In this document: piece after piece, positions 1 through 15,000 of the stretch
How positions within the stretch are numbered: position 1 is the first letter of the stretch
Layout of the letters: each line of letters opens with the position of its first letter
Origin: Antedon mediterranea
Taxonomy: Eukaryota; Animalia; Echinodermata
NCBI RefSeq assembly: GCF_964355755.1
Contig: NC_092674.1
Location: 28,954,001-29,018,000 of the forward strand
Direction: 5' to 3'
DNA: 64,000 nucleotides
Translations under genes and position numbers: made by a program
The notes under the pieces: generated by a model
What the model was told of the DNA's origin: nothing
The model's input: only the letters and a program-made list of their open reading frames with translations
Databases searched by the model: none

Positions 1-3000
1 AAAGATCGTAATGATACTATGTCTAGATGGAATCACCTACTACTACAGGAAGTTGTTCCAAAAGCTTACATGAAACTCATTCAAGAAGCCATTGAGCTGC
101 AAAAAAAAGGAAAATGTTCAGTTAAATGTGTTTATCAGACTTGGCCTGATATGGAGAAGGTGACTTCCCCTTGGAAAGAAGTAATGTGCCGTGAACTTTT
201 CAAGATGTTACTGGAGGAAAAAGTTTTCTTTACTGAGGCTTGTAATGGTAGTTGGATAAATATTGACACTGCAATATTCGATCTTCAAGAAGACATTCCA
301 GAAGTAACACAACACCTTATTTTGCAGCTTCTTTGGGAGCAGAAGAAACCGGTTGTCTCCATTAAAAACTATCCAAATGTCATGAAGGCACTTGAGAATT
401 CCAGAAAACGCCATATCACTCCTAAACTTGTTCGTGACACTCTACGTGGGGTTTCTTTAGGCAACCTTACCAGTCAAGAAAAGATCAATCTTTTAGAGTA
501 CTTACTAGCTGATGATGATTTCAATGATCTGCAAGGATTTGAGTTGCTGCCTCTCGCCAATGGATCGTTTTGTGAGTTCGCATCTGGAGAAACTAATGTG
601 ATTTTCTCTGTATCAAGTGAATGCTCAATGGATCTATTACCAGGTTTAAGTCACAGATTCATTCAAGAGGACCTTAAAGTTTCATTGAAAAAGAAAATTA
701 AAGATGGAAGCAATAGAACAGGTAAGTTAACACTGTCTTCTACATTTTAGAATTTGTATTTTCCTCGCATTTACAACTAAAATGTGTGTAATCTTCGACA
801 AAAGAATTAAAATAGGTTGCGAAAAGTGCGACAGGGTTGTCTACTCCCGCAATCTAAGCTACCCTAAATGTGTCTGTGTAACAAATACAAATTTAGAAGT
901 AATGTAAAGTTATTATTATGATCCAGCAGAGTACCAAATTGATGGCACTGATGTTAGATTATTTCCTTCCAGTTCTGGGGTCAATACCAGAATGTGCAAT
1001 ATGAAATATTCTTTGCACTTAATATAATCACTGTATTTCCGCATAAAAATTAAATATATATTAATTTATTACTGAAAATCATATAACTGAATAAACTGAT
1101 CTTGTGCCTGAAAATTGAGGGTCCTCTTTGGTGATTGTACACATTGTAATATGCATTGGACCAAAGGAAAACTGTTAGTCTATATAACCGTGGGTATTTT
1201 TATCGGACTTACAGAAGATTTAACTTTACTAACTCTAACAAATACCCCAGTGCAGGTACTTTTCTGATAGCCCGCACCACACCATACCAAAGTAGTTTAA
1301 AACCTTCTCAGTACAAATTCCGGTCATTGTTGTTGATAACCCATCACTTACAACCTGCAACCCCTTCGTGGCAGTTTTTAAATGTGAATTCATCTCCAGT
1401 ACAATTTCAGTCATTTATCACACTCCATTACTCCCCTAAACACCAACCCATTTCCCGGTGTAATACATGCGGATAATGTTCAAATTTCATTTCCCAGTAC
1501 AATTACGATCATTTTGATACCGTATGCTAATGTATGTTCGCAGTAGAACAAATTTGGGTGACTCGCCCTTTCTCTTTTTCTCATAATTTATAGATTGCAT
1601 ATATGTGCATACATTTAAATAAATAAACTTGAGTCAGTCAAATTTGTTGAGACTCTATATGATTCATGATATGTATATATTCTTCATGAAACAGTATGCG
1701 TGCAATACATTGTTGATATGTAAACTTGAGTTGCATGCAGATTATATTAACATCAATATATTCTCTATTTCCAGGTATAAAACAGGTTCGAGAGCTGAAA
1801 CCAAACATGATTCCAACTTTAATCAAAGAAGCATTGCCACATGATTGGTTAACCAACCCATGTGTTATTTGGCATCCTGGCCATTATGGCCATCCTCCAT
1901 TCAGCTGGCTTGAAATATTTTGGAATTTCCTTCAACGATCTGGTAAAAGCATCTGTTCATATGAAGGTATTACACTTATCCCTACGAACCTCAATCATGA
2001 TCCTAAAAATATTGAGTTAGCTCGATTTCAAGAGAAATCTCGCCTTGTTGTAATCAGTAGTAAGTATGTGGATCCAAACTTGGTAGAAATATTGACAAAA
2101 CTGCATTTGATTCTAGTTAATATGGAAGGTGCAGATTTTGTTATAGTTCCTCCATCAAAATGGCAACTGTACTTCCATGATGTATCATCACCAGGAGACA
2201 TCTTGCGCATTTTTATTGATGATGGAACCAGCCAAAAATTTAAAGAGGATGTTGATAAACTTTCTGCAGATCATGTCAAATTGTTGAGATCATTTCTAAA
2301 AGATATTCCAACTGGAATTATGTGTGAAGAGTTAAGGATACTTTTGCTCAATATTGCTGTCTTTGAAAGAGCAACACATGTTTTCAGAAGCCCTGCTAAT
2401 AGGTTCCAGATTGCTGTTGCCGATAGAAAGTTACTTAGGACAGTGAACAAAGAAGGACTTCCACCATTTGGCTTTCCAACCAACGATATAGTTCTTGACA
2501 TATCTGATGAAGACTCGAGTATTTTAGCTTCTAAATTAAGCCTTCAGTCATGTCCAAGAGAAGTCATATTGTGCCAAATGATTCAGTGTACCGAGATAGA
2601 CGACGAGATGGATCTAAAGTCACTTATCATCTGGATAATGGAAAGGTGGCATGAACTAAATGCCAACAAGAAGGTTATCAGCGAAATTAAAAAGAAAGCA
2701 TTCATTCCAATGCAAGATGGGAGTCATAAGAAGGCATCAGATTGTTTTGATCCATCAGATGAACTTTTAACCAAGCTTTTTGGAGTTTTAGATGTATTTC
2801 CCACAGCACCATTTGATCGTAACTATAGGGAAATCCTTCTAAAGCTTGGATTAAAAACATGCCACAAAGTGACAAGTAGTGACATTATAAGGTGTGTAAA
2901 TCACTTAAATGAACATCCTAACGAAGAGAGAGCATATGCTCTATGCAATCTTTTAGAAGTAATTCCCCATGTTATCAATGATGGCAGACTTTACAGTTGC

Positions 3001-6000
3001 CTACAAAGTCACCAATGGGTTCCTATTGTAAAGTCATTGCCACAAAATACATATCTAAAGGATTTCCCTCTGTTTAAGTCAACTCATATTCTAGTGTCGC
3101 CAAATGATGTGAAGTCTGTGAAACATGCATCTTTAGTAGGTTCGAAATTGCATCTTGTCTTGGATCAGTTTACTGAATTATCTAAAAGATTCCGATGGGA
3201 GTCAATGCCTTCACCACGTGTGGTTTACAAACATTTGCAAAATGTAGTAAACTATGTAACAGAAGAGAAACAAATGGGAAGAAATATAGACACACATAGC
3301 ATTGAAAGTATACTAATAGATATATACCCAGTTTTGCAAAGTGCTATAGTTGAGTTAACACCATTGATAGAGAAAGAAGACAAGTGGGTATGGACTGGAC
3401 AAAATTTTGTTGCACCAACACAAATTTCAATCCAGAAAACCAGACATGTTTTAGAGCCTTACATATTTGTTCTTCCTCTAGGATTTCATCTATACAAGCC
3501 ATTGTTTAGTGAATTTGGAGCAAGTTTAAAATTTGATGATGAAACAAACCCAATGCTTAGACTATTTGAGGAAATAAAGGATTTTCATGAGGCTAGACAG
3601 GATGTGACGCATGAGCGCATTAAACACGATAGAGATCTAGCAATACAAGTCATTGAATCTATTATAGACTTGAACCTTGAACATGACAAGTTGCCGAATG
3701 AAGTTAGGAATCAAATTTTTCTTCCAATAGCGACGCCAAATGAAAATGTTCTTAAATTTGCCTCATGTAATGATGTATGCTACCCTAATGAGGAATGGCT
3801 AGAAGATGAAGAATTTGAAGATATTAAGCTTGTGCATGAAAGTGTCCCTCGTGGGATATACCAACGTCTAGGTGTGACACCACTTGGTCAAAAGATTAGT
3901 GGTGCAATGTCATTAGCAGGATTTCAACAAGCTGGTCAAAAGGAGGATCTTACTCAAAAGTTAAGGAACATTCTTGACAGTGGCTATACTGAAGACTCTA
4001 TCGCAAAAGAGATGATTCAAAATGCTGATGATGCAGGTGCCACTGAAGTTAAATTCATGATTGACATGCGCACAAATAGTGAATTAAAATCAAAGCTATT
4101 AGATAAAGGCATGAAAGTATGGAATGGCCCTGCGTTATGGGTTTACAATGATGCAACATTTAGTGATGCAGATTTTGTGAACATTACCAAACTTGGTGGG
4201 AGAACCAAACAAGACAATCAAGTTCAGATTGGCACATTTGGTGTAGGATTCAATTCTGTTTATCACATAACAGATGTTCCTAGCTTCTTGTCCCGTGGTA
4301 TTATTGGGTTTCTTGACCCACACACAACGTTTCTGGACAGCCAATTGAGGGATAAGAGCAATCCTGGCATTAGAATTGATCTCAATCAAAGCAAAATGAC
4401 TTTGCAAAGATTCAAAGATCAATTTCTACCATATCAGGGGATTTTTGGATGTGACATTCTTTCCAAAAATAAAGTAAACTTTAATGGAACATTGTTTCGT
4501 TTGCCATTAAGACAACACAGCATGGGCGTTAAAAGTGAAATAAGTAATAAATACTTTAAAGAAGACAATGTTGTTCAGTTAATGAAAAATGTTACTGAAA
4601 TGTCTGAGAAACTACTTCTTTTCACGCAGCATGTAACACGGGTATCTGTTTGTTATCTAGGACCTCATCAAAAGCCACAGCATGCTGTAAAACTGTTCTC
4701 TGTCCGAAAATTTCCAAAACAATACCTGCAAGAAATAAATGGGTTACTGAAATATCAGCCAGAAGAAAGCAAGTTTGAAATGCAGAATACCATCTTACGT
4801 GAGGCTGAGCAGTATATTTCACAAAAGAACGGCACTGGTGATTATCCATGTGCATTAACAGAAGTATGTGTGGAACATTGTCTCACACGTGAAGGAGCTG
4901 TGCGACTTCATAGTACTTGTGCTGAATTTGCAAAAGATTGGCTAGTTTTTACTTGTATGGGCCAAACAAATTCTCTAGATTTATACAAAAAGCAACAGAG
5001 CTTAGAGCTTAAGATTTATGCGCCAAGGTTTAAGATTCCATGTGGAGGAGTAGCACTTCCAGTTCAATCCATTCTTGAAGAAGGTGAAGTATTCTGCTTC
5101 CTTCCTCTGTCAATCCCAACCTCTGGTATACCTTGCCATATAAATGGTAATTTTGCTGTATCTAATGACAGGCATAGTCTTGTGAAACGAAATACACAAT
5201 GTGATGACGATAATAAAAAAAAATCTACTTGGAATAAAGTTATTATGAAAGATGTAATCACCAGAAGCTATGTCGGTTTACTAAAACATGAAGGAGCCAA
5301 GAAATGCTTTAAAACTACTTCATTGTATGACCTTTGGCCTGATGAAAAACAAATTCCTCGGCAAAGTGAATACTACCCCCTCTTAAATGCATTCTATCGA
5401 GCAATTGCATATGGAATTGATGATTCTGGAGATAAGCCATATGTATTTTATAGCGATGGTAAGTGGTTAAATTTTGAATCAATTGCCATTTACAAGCCAA
5501 CTGTTCCACACAGCTCTATCACTGATGATGTGAAGGCAGTTCTTCAGATGTTCATCCCCTCTGAAAAGTATGTAGTAGACCTACCAGAAAAGATTATCAA
5601 TGGATTTAAAAGAGCTGGGTGTAGTGACTTAATTGATCAATACACAGAAGAAAGGTTTTTTGAAGAAATATTTTTCCGCAACATCACAAAAATTCAAAAT
5701 CAAACTCAACGTAATAAATTGATCATGCATGTTATTGACAATTCTAAGAAGACCCCGCTGTTCAAAAAGCTCTTACAGAACACAGCTTGCATTCCAACTG
5801 GCAGTTGTTTGGAAAAGATATCTAGAGTCATACATCCACATGGTAAAGTGGCTGATCTTTTTAAAAATGAAGAAAATCGTTTTCCAATTAAGTCTTTTCA
5901 GACAGACAATACACGAATGGAAGTTATGGTTGAGCTTGGAATGATAAAAGATGATCTGGACTTGCCAGAACTTCTAGAAAGAGGACGTGCTTTTGGAGAT

Positions 6001-9000
6001 AGTAAGCAAAAGAAAGAACATAAGATAAGGAAGATTCAATCATTCATGAGGTTGTTGGAAAGAAAACGAAAGATGATCGATCGTGGATTTCTTAATAAAC
6101 TTTCCACTTTACAACTTTTACCAATATTGAAAAGACCAAAAGATTTTCCTACTAACTTTCCATGGTTCGGAGATAAATGTCGTAATTTTGTTTGTGCTAA
6201 AAATATCTGCCTTTCTGAACATACAGATTTAGTATGCTTTCTAAAACCTATCGTTGATGAAGATGTTTTTCAAAGTTGTGAAGATGCAGGACGTGTTCTT
6301 CGGATGTTTAATCTATCAAGTAAAACATCTACACCAGGTTGCAATGAAATTATCCAACAACTTAAAAAACTATCTGAGATTGAAAATGACTTACTTATTA
6401 GTAGTGAATCAACTGTTGTACGGCTTTGCAACAGCATCTATTCACATCTTGAAATAGGACTTCAATGGGACGCAGATATTCATGAATTACGTAATGCTGA
6501 TTGGCCATGGATGTGGTGTGGGGATCGATTTGTCAACACAAATTCTGTTTGTGTAAATGAAGGCAATGTTAATCTCAGTCCATACTTCTTCTCAGTTCAC
6601 AAAAGTTTACGGAATCATAAGAAATTGTTTAAGCATTGTGGAGTAGCAATGGATCAAAGTGAACGATTAAGTGATCTAATACAAATTCTTCATAAGATCA
6701 AAGAAAAACACCAACGAGTTGTTACTCCTCTTGAAACTAACATTGACCACAAGCTTGTTATTGACATTTTACTTTTTATCAAAAGTCATACAAAAGAACC
6801 TTTTGCAGAGGATGATCAACAAATTCTTATTCCCATTCAGAGTCAAAATCTCAAACTAGTCTCACCAGATGAGTGTTGCTTCTGTGATGATTGGTCGAAG
6901 CAAGGTTTAGACATTGACCATGATGAAAATGTTGTACATCAAGATATATCAAATGGAACAGCTTCATTTTTTGGAGTCATACCTTTGAGTAAAAAGTTAT
7001 CTTACAGTAAAGAGATTGGAATAACACAATATGGTCAAGGCGAAAAATTAACCCAAAGGTTGCATAACATACTACAAGACTATCAAGCAACAGATATTCC
7101 AAAAGAAATGATCCAGAATGCCGATGATGCAGAAGCTAAAGAGGTAAACTTTCTAATAGATCTTAGCAGAAATTCAAACACAAAAGGTTTATTAGATGAA
7201 GGAATGGCTCTATGTCACGGCCCAGCGCTTATTGTGTATAATGATGCAGAGTTTACAAAAGAAGATTTTGAAAGCATAATAAAGTTGGGTGGACAATCTA
7301 AGAAAGAACAAACAAGCAAAATTGGAAAGTTTGGTCTGGGTTTCAATTCTGTTTACCACATCACAGATGTCCCAAGTTTCATCAGTAATGGCCGACTAAC
7401 GATTTTTGATCTTCAGAGATTTCATCTTGGCAATCAAATTCAGTCTGGAGCTCCGGGAATTCAGATCGATTTCAGAAAAAACCCAAGCACTTTGACAAGG
7501 TTTAGTAACCAGTTTCAGCCATACGAAAACTTGTTTGAATTGAATTTTTCACGTTTTTCATGTTTCACTGGAACTCTTTTTCGACTTCCACTTCGAACTC
7601 AGGATCAAGTGCAAAAAGGTGGAGAGATAAGCAAAGCAGTTTTTGAAGAAAGCCAAATAACAGAACTCATTACCATGTTTTGTGAGCAAGCTGGTAATAT
7701 GCTATTATTCACCAAGCATGTGAAAGCAATCAAAGTCTACCATAGAAGATCCTATGATGAACAACCAGAATGCATTTGTAGCGTTGCAAGAGAAAGTACC
7801 AGAAAAGACATGGAAATCGCTTACAAGATTAGAATTACTGTAGACTTAAAGGGTCAAAGTACGAAAGAAGACTGGATCATTCAACCTGCTATAGGAACTA
7901 GTGATGCGCTACAATTAGCTAACAGTCCATTTGGTATAAAGCATGGGTTAAACTCACATGGTGGACTGGCATATAAATGTAACAGTAAAGAAAATTTCAC
8001 TGGATTAGTGTTTTGTTTTCTTCCACTCTCTATTCCATCTAGTGGACTTCCCATACATATCAATGCAAAGTTTTCTGTAGCTCCAGATCGAAGAAGTCTT
8101 CGCAAGAGGGGATCAGGAGATGATGCATCAATACATTCAGAGTCACAATGGAATGATGCTTTAATGAAAGATGTAATCTCAAGAGGATATGTTGTGATGC
8201 TTTCAGAGCCTACCTCAAGATCATTTATACTCAATGATGTATCGATTAACAATAAAGAAGACAGTATGTTTTCACTCTGGCCAAGAACTGATCATGTACA
8301 TACAGATATTAATCATGTTGTGCATTGTTTCTATCAAGCTGTTGTTCATGGAATGGATGAAAAACTTCCAGAGATATTTAAAGTTAAAGATAACTGGTAT
8401 ACATTTCAGGAACTTTGTTTCCTTGATGAAGAGTTAACAAATTGTCATATTTTACCGACGGTAAAAGAGATACTGGAGAGAAATGGGTGTGTGATTGTAG
8501 ATCTACCTAAGTACATTCGGAAAAGCTTCCTACACTCAAAGTGTTCAGATGCTCTAGCAGAAAATACAATTTCATACCAAGAGTTTTTTGAAGAACAGTT
8601 CTTTCCACATTTAGCAGAGTTACCAGATTCTTTGGTCAATAAAGTTGTACTGTTCCTGCTCAAACACAATGCCGGGTATGATTGGATAGATAGCAACTTG
8701 AAATGTCTTCCTTGTATTCCCTCTACACCTAATGGGATTCGGAAACGTCCATCTGAACTAATTGATGAATCTTGTCCTAACATTGCTTCAATGTACCTTC
8801 CAGAAGATGGAAGATTTCCATTTGGCAAAGAATTCAAAGATCAACAAATATCTAGAAAGTTACATTCACTAGGTATGTCACATTCGGTTGTACCATTTGA
8901 GTACATTGTCGAACGATGCCAATCAATTGAGATATTACATCAATCAGACTCAACTGATGCAGTTACACTATGCCAGAAAAGAGCTAATGCTGTCATTAAA

Positions 9001-12000
9001 TACGTAGATTTAATTCAAATTGATGAACATCAAGTACAAATAATTAAAAGTATCAAGTTCATTCCAATTGAGACTCAAGCTCCAGCTGATTATCCTATTG
9101 GTTGGGCAAATTCAGTGGATTTATTTCTGTCACCAGATTGTGTTTACACATCAGATTTAGTAGATTATGTTGGAGCTGTTGCCCCTGTATCGAAGTCTCT
9201 ACCATGTTCTTATTCGACCAGGAAACTACTAAAAATGAAAGTCGTGCCTAGCTTGGTGGACATGCTTAAACAGCTGAAATATTTAGTTGTTACTGACATG
9301 ACTGACAGTACTAAAGTTGCAAAAGTTCAAAGAATGTACAAGTGCTTAATGAAGAAAATTCAGAAATTAAATTCCAATAAAGAAACAACCATCCGTGAGT
9401 CATTGCAGGATTCAGCCATTGTCTTGTGTTATGGAAAGTTTATGAGAATTAAACATGTCGCACCAGAATGCAAAAAGGATTTCCAGCCATATCTTTACAA
9501 ATTACCACTTGAACTCCGAGATTACAAAGATATTTTTCAATTACTAGGCATAGAAGACGATTTCTCTTTTTCAACTTTATTGAATATTAGTTATAATCTT
9601 CAAGAGAAGTATACAGAACAAGCTCTTGAAGGAAGAGACTTACAAGTGGCAATTGAAATGGTTCAAAGTATTCCTAATTGTAAATCTAGTGTTGATCAAC
9701 GTCCAATTTTAGTTCCCGATCGACAAGGACATTTAAGGCCAGTCGACCAACTAAGCTTTTGCCTTCATGACACTTCAGATGCTGATATAGGAGAAGAAAT
9801 CATATGCCATGATCAAATATCTCACAAAGTGGCAGCTGATATTGGTATAAAAGATATCAGATTCAGTATACTGTCAAAGAGTGGATCAAGACTTAAATAT
9901 GGTACAATGTTTGGTCAAGTCGAAAAACTGACTAACCGAATCAGTAATATCCTGAAGGGGTATCCGTGTGACGAGTCAATATTCAAAGAGCTGCTACAGA
10001 ATTCTGACGATGCCGGGGCGGATGAAATTAATCTCATATACGACTCACGTCAACATTCAGATAAGAAAGTATTTTGTGAATCCTGGAAAGAAACTCTTGG
10101 ACCAGCATTATGTGTTTACAACAATAAACCATTTACAGAAGATGACTTAAAGGGAATTCAAGATATTGGAACTGGTGCCAAATCATTTCATCCAGATAAG
10201 ACAGGCCAATATGGAATAGGGTTCAATTCTGTGTACCATCTTACAGATTGCCCTTCATTTTTAACTGATGATGACAAACTTTGTATTTTTGATCCATATT
10301 GTGCATTCATTGACCATGCCACTCCAAATTCGCCAGGATACCAGTACAATATTTCACCAGAGGTTAATGAAATATTTCGAGATGCTCTGGCTTGCTTTCG
10401 TTTGGACTCTCTCAGAAACCAAGGGTCTACATTATTTAGATTTCCTTTGCGTACTTCTCTAATGAAGTGTCTTACTTCAAAAGAACAAGTACCAATGAGT
10501 CAAGAGCTATTTGATGGTGATAAAATACAAAGACTACTTGAAAATTTCAAATCAAATGCATTTCAGATGTTGTTGTATTTGAATAATCTTACAAAGATTA
10601 CAATTTCACATATTGACGAAGAAAACCACTTGAAAACAGATTACTGGGTGAATGCAGAATTATCACAGGAAGATAGAAAAAGACGACATGACTTCTACGA
10701 ATATGTTAAAGAATGTTCCAAGACATCAACATTAAAAGACATTCAGATGAAAGAGGTTACATATGAAATGACAATTTCTGATAAGTGTGGTAAAAGTCAA
10801 GTATGGTTAATCAATCAACGTATAGGATCGACTGAGGAGATTCCAGAATACATATTAAATCCATATGATAAAGGCAATTTAAAACTTTTGCCACATGGCG
10901 GAGTGGCAGCATGTATATCCGATAGATCTTCATCAACAGGTACCTATTGCTTCCTACCTCTTCCAATACGTGTAAAACTACCTGTCAGTATCAATGGACA
11001 TTTCAGTCTTGATCCAAGTAGGCGAAATGTATCAAATATCTTACACAATAAAACATGGAACGATTATGTTAAATGTCAAGTGATTGCCCACTCTTACTCT
11101 CAACTGCTCAAAGAATTGAGAGATAGACACTTTGCCTCTGACAATGGCAGTACATCACAAATTACCTGCTCTCCAGTGGAGATGGCTACAAAGATGGAAT
11201 TTTATTGGAATTATTTTCCAGATATACAAAAAGTGCATACAGAATGGAAGCAATTGGCTACACATGTGTTTAAAGTTTTTCTTCGAAACCAAATGTTAAT
11301 GTTTCCAGTTACCCGACGCAATGATGGGGTGATTGATCATAATCCAAACATATGTGACATAGATGTTGCTTACATATTGAAATGGCTTCCTGCTGTTGGC
11401 AAAATTGAGGAAAAGGCATATTTTGATACGCTCAACTCATCTTGGTTTGCATTAAATATGATTCTGCAACAAATAGGTTTTAATGTTACAACTGTTCCAC
11501 AAACTGTCTACAACGATCTGATTGAAGCAGGATCACAGGCTGCCAAACGGCAATCATATGCAGATGACATTGAAGAAAAATCACAGGCTTCCAAACTGCA
11601 ATCAAATGCAGTTAACATTAAAGAAGGATCTGCCAAACACCAAATAGATGCAGTTGAGAAAGTTTCACCAAAAGCTGTTGTTTACTTCCTGAAAACTGTC
11701 TTCAATCCAGGTGAACTACCTTGTGACATCACTAGTTCAGCTCTTCAAAGTGAAAAGAATTACTTAAAGCTCCTGGAGTATATTGATAAAGATGAAGAAT
11801 TAAAAGAAGGGGAAATCTCACTAAATGGTATTCCATTGCTTCTCACTCAAGACTTGCAGTTACGAAGATTCAGCGAAACAGATACTTATTTTTTATCAAT
11901 AAGACATACACTGCTTCCAAAATCCTTGGCTGAGTTTGTTCATACAAATGCTCAATGTCATTTCTCTTGCAAGTCTCGTGAAATAAAGAAGTTCAGCATT

Positions 12001-15000
12001 ACAGATCTTGTAGAAAGGTTACCTGCCAATTTAGGCCAAAGATATGAAGATTGTGTTGTGTGGGATCCAAACAGCAAAGAATTGCCAAATAAATCTTGGA
12101 TTGAAGAAGTGTGGCGTTTTCTTAAAATAGAATTTGAAAATGAGAAATGCTTTCCTACCAATAAGCATGAGAGACGCAGTCATATGAGACAACTGCTAGG
12201 TAATTGGTCTGTGCTTCCAGTTAAAGTTCCAATCAGAACAAGTCTATTAGCAATTAGGCCAGAAGTAAATCACTACTTAATGCCATTTTCTGCTGCTGAG
12301 TCTGTACTTCATTGTCATATATATGATAGCTTTATTAAAGATGCATGTGCAAAGATGAGTCTTCCAGTTGTAGATGAGTCTATATTTCCGAGAAAAGGTT
12401 ATAACTTTATGCCTTTTTCTAAATCTGATGATCTCGTAGACTTCATTAAATGTTTCATTGCCACTGACGACAAACCTACAAGAATATTGAAAAGTTTTGT
12501 ATCTTTGTTGGATAAAGATGATCAAGCCTTTGATTCACTGAACCAGTGCAACAGAAAAAATATTTTGTTGTTTTTTGAAAGGTTTGTTGGATCTTCCATA
12601 AATAAAGAACATATCAACGATTTGCAACGATTACCATGCTACCGTTCAATTCACGATGAATTCATTAATTTGAGTAAAAACAAACGTCATTTTGTTCTTA
12701 ATTCTGATATTCCAATGGCCGAAAAAGAAAAGTGGGTAGATGAAGCAAATGCCGAGTTCATTAAAGATGATGAATCATTGAAAAAACTCTATGTACTTCT
12801 TGGATTGACACAAAGTAGTGAACCAGACGTCTACAAAAGGTTCATTCTACCATCTTTTCACAAATTTACAGATGGTACAAGAGTTGAACACATGGAACAA
12901 ATTCGATATATTGTGGATAAAGCAACTTCTTACAAAGATAAACAAGAAAGGAAAAAAATGATAGAGTCCATGGATTTGAAGAACACGCCTTTAATTTCCC
13001 ATAAAGACCAACCATTGAAACGTATATGTGATTATTTTGACGATTCAGTTCCAATTTTAAAACTTATGTTAGAACCTGAAAGGTTATTACCAGAGGCATT
13101 CTGTGACTATAATTGGAAACCATTTATGACAGACCTGGGTTTGCAAACAAAAGCTACATCTAAACTGGTTTTGGAATTTGCACATGACATCGAACAGAGG
13201 TTGAATAATTCGGAATTCAAGGCACAGTTGAACAAGTCTAAAGCACTTGTTGAATACATTGCAAATTCTGAAGAACTAAAGGCAGAAAAAAGATTCTTAA
13301 GTCAAATCTGTAAAATATCATTTTTAGTACCAGAGGACTTGGACAAGAATCTGTTAACACTTCACGAACGATATCAAGAACCCGGTAAAGTAGGCATAGC
13401 TTACAATGGTGCCTTAACATATAGAAATGTTCACCTGGCATGGACAAGTGCAAGCATTTTACCATACTATGCGGTTCCTAGCACGCTACGTGTTAACAGG
13501 GGTAAATCGTTCACGAATATACTTTCCGACTTAAATATGTCTGACACGCCATCAAGTGATACTGTTCTTAAGCATTGCAAGAACATATTTACACATCTTG
13601 AACGAAAATACTCTAAAAGACATGAAAGCATAGCTATATCCTCGGATTTTAAAAAAGCATTGCATGACGTTATGCAAAAAGTCTATGAGTATTTTTCAGC
13701 CAAATGCAGAAAAAGTAGTGTTGATTGTACATGTATTGTGAAAGAATTAAAAGATATGCCGATCACGTTAGTCGATGACGATAAGATTCTTATTCCAGCT
13801 AAGTATACTGTAAAGTATAAAGGAAAAGTTCTAGCACCATACATACATGAAATACAAGAAACCTTTTCCCAATACATGGATTTCTTTACCAGTCTTGGTA
13901 CTCAGGACAAGTCTTCCATTTGGCAATGTTGTGAAGTTCTCAGAATGATTCATGACGATATTGAAGATCAATCATTTTGTGATAATCCAAATTTAATATC
14001 CAAGATCAAGTATGCTGTTCACAAAATCTTCAAATCTTATGACGAAGAGGACTGGCTACAAGGTATTGACGTGTTGTATCTTCCTAATCGATCTTATCAA
14101 CTTATGGATTCAAGTACTTTGAAGTACTACGACAAACCGATGTTTGAGGTTAGAATGAAAAAGGAAAATGACAAGAATATTCTTTTTAATTTCACCGAAA
14201 TTGAATTGAAAGGTCCTCCTATTGTATACATCAAAAACATGCCAGAGAAACTACAGCCTGGTAAATTCAGCACGGAAGTAAAAGAGTGTATGAGTTCAAA
14301 TCCAATTGAAACTGAATGTCGTCATGCAAAGGAGGAACGTTGTAAAGTATTAAATGATATTCAACGTCAACTCCAAGCTAGGGAATTCCGTCAAGGTATC
14401 TACCGTCTTTTGAAACATGAAGCTAATCAACAGGGCATAAAAGATGCAGACACAGCTTATTCAGAAAAACCTTTGGCATTATCATCCAAACATCTCACCA
14501 TCAAATGTCTCAAAAACCTAGAAATACATCTTGAGCAGTCTGGAAAAGTAATTGAAGGAAGTTCATATGAACCACATTGTTTCTTGGAAAGACAAGACAA
14601 TCATGCAACAATATTCATGAGGCATGTCGATTCAAGTGATTCAGACAACGTTCACACATTGAAGCTAAAGATGGTGTATATAGTACGTGAGCTTACTGGA
14701 GTTCTTAATGACATGGCAGTAGCAATGATGATTGTTAATGATCTGAAAAATATACAAACATCACTTAGTGATCTTAATATTCAGGCTTTAGATGAAAACA
14801 AATCCAACAGAATGTCGTTGCCAGACTTGGGATCACCTGTACGAGATGATGTTGTGGGATCTTTGAATAACGATCCATTCAATGAATTCAGACCTGGGGA
14901 GTATGTTGTATATGAGCTAGACAATGAGGATGAAGTTTATGTGTATGCACAAATATTACAGGAGATCTTGTGCGATATGTCAGGAAGCAGTTCTCTCAAC

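Noticed and set aside
1726-1774. TTG start of a stand-alone 4748-aa protein (likewise 26188 for copy 2)
   Set aside because: A polypyrimidine-AG acceptor at 1774 (26128 in copy 2) and in-phase upstream exons show these ORFs are last exons.
7881-8837. Antisense ORFs conserved in both sacsin copies (also 32181-33221)
   Set aside because: Their conservation is explained by the near-identical conversion tract on the sense strand, and they have no recognisable motifs.
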